A stretch of DNA of 63,823 nt, counting the filler, from Lenisia limosa (lineage: Eukaryota; Protista; Breviatea): the NCBI GenBank assembly GCA_001655205.1. It is 14 parts of 14 records of this genome, joined end to end, with 100 filler letters (N's around TTAATTAATTAA, not from the genome) between each part and the next. Parts side by side here need not be neighbours in the genome. Positions count along the whole stretch, not along the records: positions 1 to 9,032 come from LPNZ01001725.1; positions 9,133 to 22,646 come from LPNZ01000029.1; 12 more parts are not named here. One strand, given 5' to 3'. The number at the start of each line of letters is the position of its first letter. Positions within the stretch are counted from its first letter, which is position 1. The position numbers were made by a program, and so were the translations under genes. Shown piece by piece: positions 1 to 11,984 of this stretch. Under the pieces are notes generated by a model that did not search any database, was not told the origin of the DNA, and was given only the letters and a program-made list of their open reading frames with translations.

Positions 1-88
1 TGTTGTTATCAACCCTCGTGTGTTGCTAGCCAACAGAGTTAATTTTGGGCTTTTTTTTTTTTCATAAATTTTCCCATTTTACCCCCAG
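1..88 (+). mobile_element. Family B intron-terminal repeat (candidate introner)
   Basis: AACCCTCGTGTGTTGCTAGCCAACAGAGTTAATTTTGGGC(T)nCATAAATTTTCCCATTTTACCCCCAG ends exactly at the acceptor of exon 89. Confidence 0.75.
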
Positions 89-844
89 GGCCTTCATGTC
101 TACCAAAGTCCCCCTTCCCGAGTCAGACAGCGACCTTGATCATGAACCTAGTGAATCAACTGGAATTTTGCCGGACCCTCCGCTCAGCAATGAACCGTCT
201 ACTCCTTCCCCCATATCCAATCGGTACGGCCGGGTTTCCTCTTCCCTTTTTTATAGGAAATAAGTAAGGTTGTATCTGGCTGAAGCCGTCCACACCATCA
301 CACTTTTAAGAGACATTGGATTATAGTTTAGTTATTGAATCTACCCAATCATTTGCCTACAACTCTGTGTACACATCTTATTCCATTATTGTTATTGTTA
401 TAATTTCTATTTATTTTATTAATTCCCCCGCCCCCTCCAGTCCACTTTCTTTGGGTTGTAGATAGGGCTTCCCTACGGTCCAAAAACTCGATAACTCGAT
501 AAATATCTTTATTTTAGTGGTCTTTTTGGCCGTAAGGAATCTCTCACTGTTTCCCATATTATTGATTAACTCTTTCTTTCTTTCTTTCATTTATTCTTTC
601 TTTCTTTCTTTCTTTCTTTCTTATATTTGTAATTATTTTTACACTCTGTAGTCCCCTCCTCTCTACACTCTTCGACCTCCTCAACCCGAACTTCCGCATC
701 AACCTACGACCACTCGCCTACTGGAAAGTACTCGGATGGATCATGTTCCTCTCCATCTTGATCTACCTGCTCTACATCACACCTTGGGCCTCTATTGTCG
801 CTGCTCTCGCTGCTAAGCCGAGACGCAAGAAGTTCAATTATTAA
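89..844 (+). CDS. 3' part of a hypothetical, probably tail-anchored membrane protein (exons 89-223, 652-844)
   Basis: GT-AG splicing gives ...PSTPSPISNR|PLLSTLFDLLNPNFRINLRPLAYWKVLGWIMFLSILIYLLYITPWASIVAALAAKPRRKKFNY*: a hydrophobic helix followed by a basic tail. Confidence 0.6.
463..545. mobile_element. Family A MITE (A2), diverged, intronic
   Basis: TAGGGCTTCCCTACGGTCC left end and a degenerate right end. Confidence 0.7.
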
Positions 845-1563
845 CTCGTGAATATAGCTTCCTTGAACAAATTTTTACATATTATGTAATAATTATGCTA
901 TTATGTTGTGTTTACAGTAAATAAATGATATGATATATTCCCACAAAATATCTTTACAGCTCTTGCTGTTAAATATACAGACACCATCGCGCCCTTTTCA
1001 AGCAGTTCCTGGAATATATCAGACTACATATAACACCACTTTATTGCGATTCATGATTTCCTCATCATACGAACTGCTGCTCAATAGCTTTCCAGGATGA
1101 GTGACCGATTTGCTATGTGATTTCCAATGAATATCTAGTTTTCGAGGATATTGGACATTAAGTCTTTTTTTGAACCGGTGAAGCCCAAGTCAAGACTTAC
1201 CCCAGTCACCAGCGCATCGGCTTATGATTCCCTTGTATTATTTGGGAATCCCATAAATTTCTTCAAATTACCATATATTTACATGGGATTTCCATGTTAA
1301 CTGGGTTCCAGCTTTTTCATAAGAATCCCATCAACGCGCTGTTATTGAAACGTACAACATACATGACCTGGTTTGCGTTTTGGAGATCGAGAGAAAAAAT
1401 AAGTGTGCTCGAAATGGAATTTGCACCACCCTCCAGGTGCTCCCGACGCTTGCAGACTCAAGGGGGAGATTATTGTGAGGGGGGGGGGGGNNNNNNNNNN
1501 NNNNNNNNNNNNNNNNNNNNNNNNNNNNNNNNNNNNNNNNNNNNNNNNNNNNNNNNNNNNNNN

Positions 1564-1650
1564 TGCTTCACTTCGGTTCGAAAAAAGACTGAATTTCTCA
1601 ATAAATCCTCGAAAACTATCGATATATTCCCGAACCGAAGTGAAGCCTTA
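1564..1650. mobile_element. Family A MITE (A1), left flank in a gap
   Basis: GCTTCACTTCGGTTCGAAAAAAGACTGAATTTCTC...GAACCGAAGTGAAGCC. Confidence 0.85.
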
Positions 1651-1780
1651 ATTGTGAGCTGTTCCTACTTTCCCCCTCAAAATAAATACAAACAATTATT
1701 CATTGAAAAAAAGCCAATAAACCAAAAAAAAAAAATACCGCAATTATGCTATAGTGTCGAGACGAGAGCCTTAGATAAGA

Positions 1781-4700
1781 TTAGAGCTCCTTCTCGAAAT
1801 TAATCTACGGTGGTTAAGAAAGATATTTGAGAAATTCTTTGATCACTTTGAAATTGTCTTTTTGAAAACAGGCTGTTTCCCCGATAGTCTTACCATTTCA
1901 TTTTTTAGGTCAGTAACTCTTCCACCCTTGAAGATTTCCACAGCTTCTTTGCTGACAATGCTCTGAGTCAAGACTGCTGAAACCCTTGATCATAAAAGAA
2001 AAGGATGAATGAAAATGAAGGGGAAATTCAAAAAGAGATTGCAAATATGAGTACAATCTGAAAAAACACAGGACATATGATATTATATTAATTATGTAGG
2101 GCTTCGTGCAATTAATTGTAAAATATTGCAAAATTTGGAGACCTATTGTCATGGTAACTATTTCAAGCACTTTAAATTACAAATTTTGTCAATTTCTTCA
2201 AAAAACTAATTGCATGGAGTCATACAATTATGTAACCACCCAACCGTTCAAAGGGCAATCTTTGTGTGTCCCACTCTCTCAGGAGGTGTTCCAATACAAG
2301 GCACTGGTGACGATTGTTCACATCTGCTGTCTCAGCATTGCAGATTTCCTGTCAAATATTCAGTTGGTATGTTGTCAAAATGCATTGTTAAATTTTTGGA
2401 AATGCCCAGTCAAAATGACCAGCTAATTGATCTATTTTAGCAATTCCTTAGCACAAAACAACAAAAATAAAATACTCCCACTGTAACCATTTTTGTTGTT
2501 ATGTGTGCTCTCCCAATATTATTTGTGTTGATATTGACAGCAATATTTACGCATTCCTTCAGGATCACGATACCCATATTTACGCATTCCTTCAGAATTA
2601 CAATCAACATCAACGGCAGCCCCTCTATATCTCGAGAATATATTTCTGTAGATTTCTTCAATGTTGATCTGTACAGAATGTGTATTATTTGCATATTATG
2701 TCTTTAGTCTTATATAATTTTGATAATTGTGTGATTTTTCATTATAACTAAGAATGAAAAGCCTTCTCACCGTAAACAATGGAACACGAAGATTCTCCTC
2801 AAGTTTGGCAATTGTTGCCTCAGTGTCTCCACTATAAAGGGATTATAATCGCAATGTAGGCTACAAATCGCCCTGATATTGGACACAATATTAAAAGGCT
2901 TTCCTCCGAGATTTAAGTAAATGATTTTATTTTTGTTGACAAAGCACTCTTTCAATAAATTTCAAAGATCTAAGAAAGAGGCGAAGCTAAGTAATCAATA
3001 ATCATAATTTTGACAAAAACAAAATGTTACTCACTTTGCAGCTTGATAGCAGGCACCATACACCGCGGCAATAATATCGCAGGCAAAGCGGACACGATCG
3101 ACATTTTCAGCCATCCCGTCTGAGAACGTAATTAGATCATATATTACAAAGGTTTCACTTCGGTTCTCAAAAAACACTGAATTTTTCGATAAATCCTCGA
3201 AAAATATCGATATTTTTCCAGTCTTTTTAGGATGGAGTGAAGCCCCATAAATCATCATAGTTCAAACATCCCTTTTATGTAATTTTTGGAACTCATATCG
3301 ATATACTATGATGATGTATATTATATATGATATACACTGACCAGAACAAGACTTGACCGATTTGCTATGTGATTTCCCAAGGAAATGTGGTCAAGACTTC
3401 TGAATATTCTGGGTCACACCCACCGATGACTGCAATCAGAGATTCCAATGGCTCTTCTTCCATGATCATTTTGGCAATTTGAGCACAATTCTCGCGATGT
3501 GGTGTCAAAAAAGTCAAGTACTTCTTGAATAAATACGAGTTCCAGCTGGCAATTTAGAGAAAGAGTTCAAAAATGCAACTATCACACTGAAAAACAACTG
3601 GACTTGAAACGTAGGGCAAAAAAGAAGTAGCCAATTATTTGAAATTTTGCCAACTTACCTCTTTGGAGATAATCTTTTGGCGTGAAGCTCCTGGAAAACC
3701 CACTCATATTGAATGGAGTACATGTGGAAAGTTCTTTCAGGAAGGAATCGATACAGCATCTTGACCACCTCGAGCCCAACTTAAGGTTTATGAGTACAAG
3801 AAAATATAAGCCAATATGACCAGAATTTTGTAAACAAGAACATATTCAGTTTATGTAAAGGTGCATTTAAATGAAAGTGGTTTGTTGTTACCTTTTTAGG
3901 CTCTAAAGTGAAGCTCTTAGTAATACCTTTTCTTGTCCACAGTTGTCGGGACTGAACGTCAGGCACTTGTTGACGATGGAGAGATCACAAAGATCATCTT
4001 TGTGCATAGCCATTATCAGATGGGCAAGATATGCGGCAGCCTCTTTACAGGAATTCAAATCAGTCGCGATGGAAGCAAGGGATCGACCCAGAATATCAAC
4101 GAAGTCATCCTTTGTGCAGCCAAGTTCCTTCATAATTGAGGCCGTCATGGGAGGAATGTCATCAATTAACTACAAAGGTAAAGAAACAAAAGACGTATTA
4201 TATAAATAATATGGTTTCACTCAATTTGTTGAAAAAAGAAAAAGTTTACTTCTTCGAAACAAAATTATAACCTGACCCATTGTACATTTCTGGGTGCACC
4301 TCTAACCGATGTCCAAAGGATGTGGTTTTCGTTCTTCAGATGCGCAAAGGCGTTATTGAACAAGTGAAACATAAAGTCATCAGGGAACGAGGCTCTGGCG
4401 TCAATGATCGATTCTGTGGCGACGTCAATGTTCTAAGCAACGTTAAGCACCTCGAATCCTTTCGAATACTGACTAGGATTTCATTTAAATTGATTGGAAA
4501 ATTTGGATATTTAAGAAATTCAGCCGTATTACGGACCCCCAACTGACATGATGGTTAACGTATTTCTTGAAACACTTGATAATAGTATTGTGGACGGTTG
4601 CAGCAGGAGGCGGGACAGGAGCTGCCTGAGAGTATTAGTTTTGACTTTTGAGAGCTTCGCCTGCTCTCAATACAGCCGAGAAATTCTTGAGAAATTCTTG

Positions 4701-7110
4701 AATAATGCCGATATAATATTATTATTGTTAGGGCTTCCCTACGGTCCCAAAAAAGACTGAATTTCTTGATAAATCCTCAACAAATATCGATATTTAATCG
4801 GTCTGTTTCGGACCGTAGGGAAGTCCTAATTATAGTATCATAGGATACTCTGATTGATCATATATCGATACATCTAGTTGCTACAAAATAGCGGTCTTTT
4901 TTGGGCAAAAAAGAAGCTTCTCCCAAAAATAGCCTCATTAATACGCCGCTCCTCCCTCCCACCTGTTTAACAGGTTCCTGGGTTCGTCGGACTCGGTTCG
5001 GTTCACAAGAATTGCCAGAAACATTCAAACAGGGAGAGTTCATGACACTGAGAGCGGAAAGGAGATTTCCCTAAAATATCAGCGATATTAGTTCCAAAAA
5101 CTAGGGTCCTTGATAAATCCTTGAGAAAGAACCTTAAAGCGACCGTTTTTGTTTCAATGTTATCTTGATTAATATACCAAACGGCAATATAGAGTTTACA
5201 ATCAAACTCCACGAACGACATTTTCTTGTGGCTGTGAAGAATGCTGAAATGATGCCACATTACCGTTCATCTGAAAGTGGTCAGCGGGCTAAAAACTATG
5301 GACCTAGATCAGAGGCTAATTGGCTATTATTATTTGAATAAAGTGATATGAGCCAATAGAAGCTTAATTTGGGATAAAATTAAGGGAACAGTTTCTGAAA
5401 TTTAGAATTCTAATTCGGGCATACAAGGGTCAACGTCATATACATATAATTATGTATAATACTATACGCTATTTGGGTGTATGTATGGTATGTCAGGTCA
5501 TAATTCAAATGTATATATAATGTAGGGGTATGTCCCTATGTCTGGGAGCAAAATGTATATATAAAATATACATTGCAATTTTATCTTTTTTACCCTTTTT
5601 TTTTTTATAAAAAATAGACAAAAATTACCGTATTTTTGGTAGGGCATAGAAAAATGACTCTCGAAGAAGTTCAAAGTAGAATTGATGAACCTCTTAAGAT
5701 TACTGATGGTAACATCAAAGAAATTAATGAGGCGGATATGGTCCGCCTGGATTAATAAATTACGTTTTTGAACCAAATGGTAGCATATTTGAAGCAAAAG
5801 CATACATATAGATACATTTGTCAAATGGAAAAATTTCATTTGAATATGTAATGGTATGTCATATCTGGCATTGTATATCATATATTGATATATGTAATAT
5901 ATGATGGGGTATGTCATATCTGGCATTGTATATATATATGTAATGTATATCTGATGGGGTATGTCATATCTGGCATTGTATATATGATGGGGTATGTCTG
6001 AAGCCATAAAATGTATATACAGTAGTATATTTATATGACGTCAACCCCAATCAGCAATAGAGGGCACATATATGACGTCAACCCCAATCAGCATACCACA
6101 ATAGAGGGCCCATTGTTAACGGACGGGCGCATAGGAGTGGGAGCATTACTGCTGTCTTGATCTGGAGCCTTCTAAAAAGAGAATTAAGAAAAAACTAAGA
6201 GAATTATGAGAAACAAGGTTGACACACTTCCTCACTTCCTCCCCCTCTATTTCCCAGATTGTTCAGTTCTTAAAAAAGTGCGATGGTATTGAAGATTTAT
6301 CAGCTAACGATCCCTTTTGAGCAAAATTTTTGAAATTTAAAATTCTAATTCGGGCATACGCCTACAATCAGCATACCAGAAAAGAGGGCCCATCGTTAAC
6401 AGGCGGGCGCATATGAGGGGGGACATAGCTGCCGGCTTGATCTGGAGACTTCTAAAAGAGAATTGTGAGAGAACAAGGTAAACACACTTCCTCACTCCCT
6501 CCCCTCTATTTCCCAGATTGTTCAGTTCTTAAAAAAGTGCGATGTTTGAAGATTTATCAGCTAAGGCCCTAACCCCCCAACATCTGCATCAAGACCTCGG
6601 TTCTTTCTTGAACGGTTTCGACGGGAACGGCGAGATGAAGGCCTTCTATTCATGTCGGCTTGAGACGAAGGCGGAATATTTCTGTCAGCTTGATGTTGAT
6701 TCTCGTCATAATTCTAAATGAGGGTCATTAAATGCACGGTACAAAATACGGCTTGTGTCATACTCTAAAAATAGAGGGCTCAACTAGAGTATATTGAGGG
6801 CTTCACTTTGGTTCGAAAAAAAACTGAATTGCTCGATAAATCCTCTAAAATTATCGATCTTTTACCAGTATTTTTCGGGCCGAAGTGAAGCCCTTGTAGA
6901 GTATAGAAAAAGGTGATTGCCAGACCATTTTGAGTTCTGGAGTATGAGCGCTAGGGTCTTCTTGGCTGCCACCTGGGGAAGTTGTGGAAGGGTTCGTCTT
7001 GCTGTTGACAGGTTCATTTTGAACGGAAGAGATTGGCAAAGCGGCTGGAGGAGATTGTTCTTCAGCTCTTGAAATGACCTCTTCAATCTCAAAGGGAACA
7101 TTCTTGCTTT
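1781..7110 (-). CDS. Multi-exon protein with a low-complexity region then MA3-like and W2-like HEAT domains (eIF4G/PDCD4-like C-terminus)
   Basis: Manually spliced exons include IIKCFKKYVNHH|NIDVATESIIDA, DDFVDILGRSLASIATDLNSCKEAAAYLAHLI, WNSYLFKKYLTFL and VLTQSIVSKEAVEIFK...NEM|INFEKEL*, plus a YVPPHMR motif. Domain call is by eye; the 5' end is not defined. Confidence 0.45.
2097..2224. mobile_element. Family G hAT-type MITE; related ends at ~9835-9910, 24005-24363, ~46425
   Basis: TAGGGCTTCGTGCAATTAATT...AATTGCATGGAGTCATA; flanks TAATTATG / CAATTATG (7/8). Confidence 0.7.
3148..3247. mobile_element. Family A MITE (A1), intronic, diverged
   Basis: Same core (ctgaattttTCGAtaaatccTCGAaaaatATCGAT) and degenerate TIRs; TSD not clear. 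Confidence 0.75.
4729..4828. mobile_element. Family A hAT-type MITE, A2 subtype
   Basis: TIRs TAGGGCTTCCCTACGGTCC / GGACCGTAGGGAAGTCCTA; 8-bp flanks ATTATTGT / ATTATAGT (7/8). Confidence 0.85.
6085..6565. repeat. 280-bp tandem duplication containing a 75-nt exon; nearby ~35-bp tandem repeats at 5860-6000
   Basis: Exon copies 6377-6451 and 6097-6171 (minus strand) with duplicated flanking intron sequence. Confidence 0.8.
6796..6895. mobile_element. Family A MITE (A1), intronic
   Basis: AGGGCTTCACTTTGGTTC...GGGCCGAAGTGAAGCCCT. Confidence 0.85.
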
Positions 7111-9032
7111 TGCTGAAAATACGTCAAGAAAGAAGTGATGACATAATTATATAAATATAAAACAATCCTTACGAACTTAGCGATAAAAACGCGTTATATA
7201 TGAAACTTCATAAAAATAATTCTCTTTTCCACGTTTTCATGATTGGAGGAATCTATAATTTTCTAAGCCAGTATCCCTAATAACATGAAAGTGTGGGCGG
7301 TTTTAGTTCATTTATCATTTCAATCTTGATTATTAACATTGATGAATTCACATCATTTACGCTGCAGCACCGCACATACAGCTAATTGAGCAATCATTTC
7401 TAATATGATATTTTTTCCACCCTTGTTCGATATCCTAGTTTGTACTTTTGGTATAAACTATAACATAAGTTCGTAATATGATGAGCAAAAATTGTTTGTA
7501 ATTTCCCTTCCATTTCCCCAACCAACAGTCTCTTGCAAATATTGAAAAAGGCCTTCTTTGTCGTGGTTTGAATGGAACATTGCGTGAAGTCTTCGTTGCA
7601 GACACACTAAAAGTGTCAAAAAGATTAATATGCATTGTAGCTTTGTATCTCAAGTGTATATATTTTCCATAAAAAGATAAGTCGAAGCCTGAAGCCAGAG
7701 GGGTAACTGTAAAATGTTCACACACCCCTAAAAACCCCGAGCATACCGTAATTGTAGACTGCCCTGCTTTACATCCCTTGCAAAACTGAAAACGTCAAAT
7801 TACACAAAGAAATAAAGAAAAACAAAGAGTATACAACCTAGGGGTATGAATATAAACAAGTTAATTCCCTAGATACAGCATTGAAAGCTTACCCCAACGG
7901 CAAAAGAATTACACAGCTCTCCTCGGGAGAGGCACGAGAGACAGACATGCACTTTTCCTCCCGCAGAAATAAGGTTTCCTTTGTAACTGTCGATCTGGTT
8001 TTGACGGGAACAATGACGGTTGTCAGAGATGCTTGGAAAAACAAAATTGTTGACACTGATCAAGATGCGTTTACTTTGAAACATTTTGCTTTACGAGTTA
8101 TTATTTGATAACACCAAAAGCAAAAAGAAAAAAACATGCTGATGGATACACTTAAATATATGGTCTGTTTTTTCCGTTTTTCACCGTTTTGGTTTTGTTC
8201 GGCGGCGCACCTCAAACTTTCTTTTCTTGGCCCTCTTAGTGCTTGCTGTCTTCTATCTTGTTTTTTTTGAGGTTTTATTGTTTCATTACTGTTTTATTTA
8301 TTATTTCCTGATTAAGTCTCTCCTTGCTACTGCCACCACCAACGTGAAAAATTCGGAACGTCCGCTGCGTCCTATGGGATGCGGTGCTGCAGATACGACT
8401 TGCTTGGGCTTCAATTGGGCTTTGTTTGTGTTGTTGTTTTCAAACTCGTGTGTTAGTCAAATGTTTAGCTTCAGTGTTATTTTTGGTTTGTTTCAGTTTT
8501 CAAGTTTTTAATATCGGACAATGAATGCGAAGAACATAGGTGAAATAGTGAAAATGCATGGGATATCGACTTCTCATGAAACAGAAACATTAAAACATAG
8601 ACCTGAAGAAAAAAAAATAATAGAATTATTGATTACGTGATCTTCCCTGAATTGACGAGGAGATGGAAATGATGCCAACATTTGACAGCCTAGTACGTTA
8701 ATGCAAAAGGAATACTGTTTTTTGTTTTGTTTTTTGGGGATTCCCTAATATTGTTTGGGAATCCCACATCAAATTTCCATCAAGTTCCAAGGGATTCCCA
8801 TGTAAAATATGGGAATTCCAACGTTTTTACAAGAATCCCAAGTTGATGCAGTGAAGGAAGTAAGTTTGCTCACGAGTTGACAATTTCCGTTTTTTTGAGA
8901 GAACAAAAAGATAGTCTAATAAAATGACTTCCATTGGTACAATGGTCAACTACTTCCAATATCCCGTCAAAGCGCGCTGATGTGCTTCACCCCCACATAA
9001 ATTGATCATAGCACCCCTCCCCCCCCCTAGCG

Positions 9033-9132
9033 NNNNNNNNNNNNNNNNNNNNNNNNNNNNNNNNNNNNNNNNNNNNTTAATTAATTAANNNNNNNNNNNN
9101 NNNNNNNNNNNNNNNNNNNNNNNNNNNNNNNN
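9033..9132. other. Artificial scaffold-joining spacer (44N + TTAATTAATTAA + 44N); first of 13
   Basis: Identical 100-bp spacers at 9033, 22647, 27489, 30989, 33320, 37963, 39863, 42729, 43989, 48210, 51822, 57059 and 62374. The 12-mer puts stops in all six frames. Adjacency across spacers is not biological. Confidence 0.97.
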
Positions 9133-11545
9133 TTACGGCAGTGATTCAAAAGCATGACCCTGGCTTCCAAAGCAGGGCTAATAGCACAGACAAGTATGAG
9201 AACTTTTTCTCTCTTCTTCATTCGTATGTTGGAACATGCTCATTGAGGTGCTTTTGAAGCAACATCAAGAAACTTCTCAGAATTTTATACTACAGAATCA
9301 AGGCTTACCCAAGATGGCACTTCATCACTTCTTTGAGAACAGTCTACCGCCATCTTCCCTGGACTGCAGAGTTCTTACTCGAAAAATAACATTCAAAGTT
9401 TCAATAATTAGTAGGTGTGTCTCCACAAAATCTGCAAGTCCCCGAATTCTACACAGCCGCACTTCTTCTGGCCTCTCAATTTCCCAGCTCTAATACTTCC
9501 AAGAAATTGTGTTTTGTATTTTCTTTCTACCTGTCTCTTGAGTAACTTGTACTTTTGATATATTTTTCTTTAATTCATCTGAAATTTCCTTAAGATGTTG
9601 ACGTTGAAGGTATTGGATCGTGTAAAAGATGGTAGTTAAATCATCAGTGTATTAAATAATAACAACCAGCAAATACAAATACTTAGCAAGTAATCTGAGG
9701 TACAGATGCGGCAAGGAAGCCAGAGAAGGACAAAACTGAAGGTGCCACGATTTTGAGCATGCCGCTTATTTTTGAAAATGAAGGAACCCTCTCAGGTAAG
9801 CCAATTTGGCAGACATACTGTATGTATTACTAATTTTTAGCACTCGTGCAATTAATTTGTCGAATATGTTTTTTAAAATTGATTTCGAATTAATTTCGAA
9901 ACATGTAATTCTCATTATACTATAATATATCTGATTAGCCTGACCGCAAAAAGTCCTAACACAAATATTGAGCTTTGTCTTCAAACAATTTTGCCAGGAC
10001 TTATCGTGGTCTGTATACTATATAATAACATTTTATGTAGCTATTATGATCATCTCTTGATATTATGATATCATCAATATCATTATGGTAGTGTGGGCCG
10101 CGAGGGCGTGGTACTCTTTAATATTTCGAATTGTTTCATACTTCCTGCCTAGGTGCCCAACGCATCAACCTCGTGATAGGACAATTTTGCTTACGATTGA
10201 TTGGACAAGTCATTGCAGTACTCCACAAATCTATCAGTTACAATTCTTACTCCTTCATGAAAAGAAAAACCAAAACCTGAGGTCAGTTTTATAGCCATCA
10301 TACACAGAATTAGTGCAACTTATTTTTGTGACGACCTCCTCAACCCTATCAACATCCCTCAACATAGACATGTCTTGTCAGCAATAACTGAATACTTCCT
10401 CACCTTGGAAAATAATGTTACAAAGTATTTCAAACAAAGCACAAATACCTTTCATCTCCTGTCCTGATTGCATTGTATAGCTCCACTGCCATACTTAAAA
10501 CAAGTAAAAGTTCAATGAACAGATTGTGGAGCCACGGGGCACTGACTTAATGGTAAAAAACCACTCAAAGCTTCTGGAATGTACAGAAACCACTTTTAGA
10601 GAATGGCTGGAAGGTGCAAAATCACGTTGAAAGAAATATATTTCTAAATTTTGTAAATCGTGCTATGAACGGGATTATGGAATCCAAAACAACACTTACA
10701 ACTTGTATTAAGACTTTCGCACCGTGAAAGCTGAATAATGCACTATTTGAACAATCGTTCCTTTTTCCCATCTTAGCGGTCTTTTTGAAAGAGTGAAAAT
10801 GTAAACTCTCTTCCTTGAAGATCTGGGAGAAGTTCTGCTTATTCTCGGCATCCTGCACGCTTCCAACAGTAGTCTTAAAAGAAGAGCAGAACATAACGTA
10901 GGAATGAAGTTAAGCAAGGATTTGATTTGAGGAAACAAAATAAATGTTGGGATTGAAAGGAAGGCTTTCGTGGTGTTGTTGGGGCCAACACGTGTCTGAA
11001 GGGTGTTGGCATGCCTATTCTTGGGATGCTTGGCTTTCTTGAGCTTCTTCAGGAGATCCAACAAAGCAGGTCCGCGAACAATTGCGTCGGTCTTCGCAAA
11101 TTGCTTTAGCTGTGGCATGTTTAACTCTAACTTCTTTACTGATGAGCATAAAAGTCAAAAAAACAAATCTTCACTAATATACAATATTAACATGGGTATC
11201 ATTGAACAAAAATTCTATACTTTGAGGGTTTTTGTCCTGCTGACACAAAGAGTTTCTCCTTAAGTTAATTTTTGGAAGCGTTGTAGAAAATTACACCCTA
11301 TATTTATCAAAGTACCAATAAATAATAAAATAAGGCTCTTAAGGCAACAAGAAGAAAAACACCGTATCATATCATGTATTTACAGATCGTGAACGGTTTT
11401 ACTGAGGTTTGAGGGTCAAAATCTTGGAAAATTTTAGGGTCTTCAATTATTCTAAAAATGTTAAAAAATAGTGAGAATCTTTTGTTGAAATAGTTTATTT
11501 AAAAAGGGCTTCCTTGACCTGCAATGACAACCTGAACGACCACCT

Positions 11546-11725
11546 TAAGAGTGGTAGCGACACTCTTGATTTGTTCGCTACCATATTTGATTCGTTCGCT
11601 ACCACGCTTGATTCGTCTGCTACCACGCTTGATTATTTCGCTACAACCTGTGATTATTCGCTATCTATTTGATTTGTTTGCTACCATTCGTTCGCTACCA
11701 CTCTGAGATGTCGCAACCACTCTTA
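11546..11725. repeat. ~20-bp minisatellite (TTGATTCGTTCGCTACCAC-like, ~8 units) bracketed by a 17-bp inverted repeat
   Basis: TAAGAGTGGTAGCGACA (11546-11562) versus TGTCGCAACCACTCTTA (11709-11725): 16/17 complementary. Confidence 0.75.
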
Positions 11726-11984
11726 ATTTGTTTGCTACGCGAAATCCACTTTAAGATGCTAGTTGAGAGAATACCTATTTTATTGTGAGTCAAGTGAGTC
11801 TATCTATTCTTCTTCTTTCGCCAATTGCATTCATTTAATCTTATATTTGGTGAATGGTATTTTTGGACCCCTTCGAATCTTCACCCTTTTAGGTCATTCC
11901 TTACCATATTTGGAGATGATACTACAAGTCAGATTTTGGAAATTTTTACTATCGCCGTTTTATTTTGTATATTAAATCTGGTGT

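Noticed and set aside
9133-11220. Transposase or other gene in the stop-interrupted ORFs at 9133-9620 and 10622-11118
   Set aside because: No recognisable motif and no consistent splice model; they may be degenerate coding relics but I cannot support a call.
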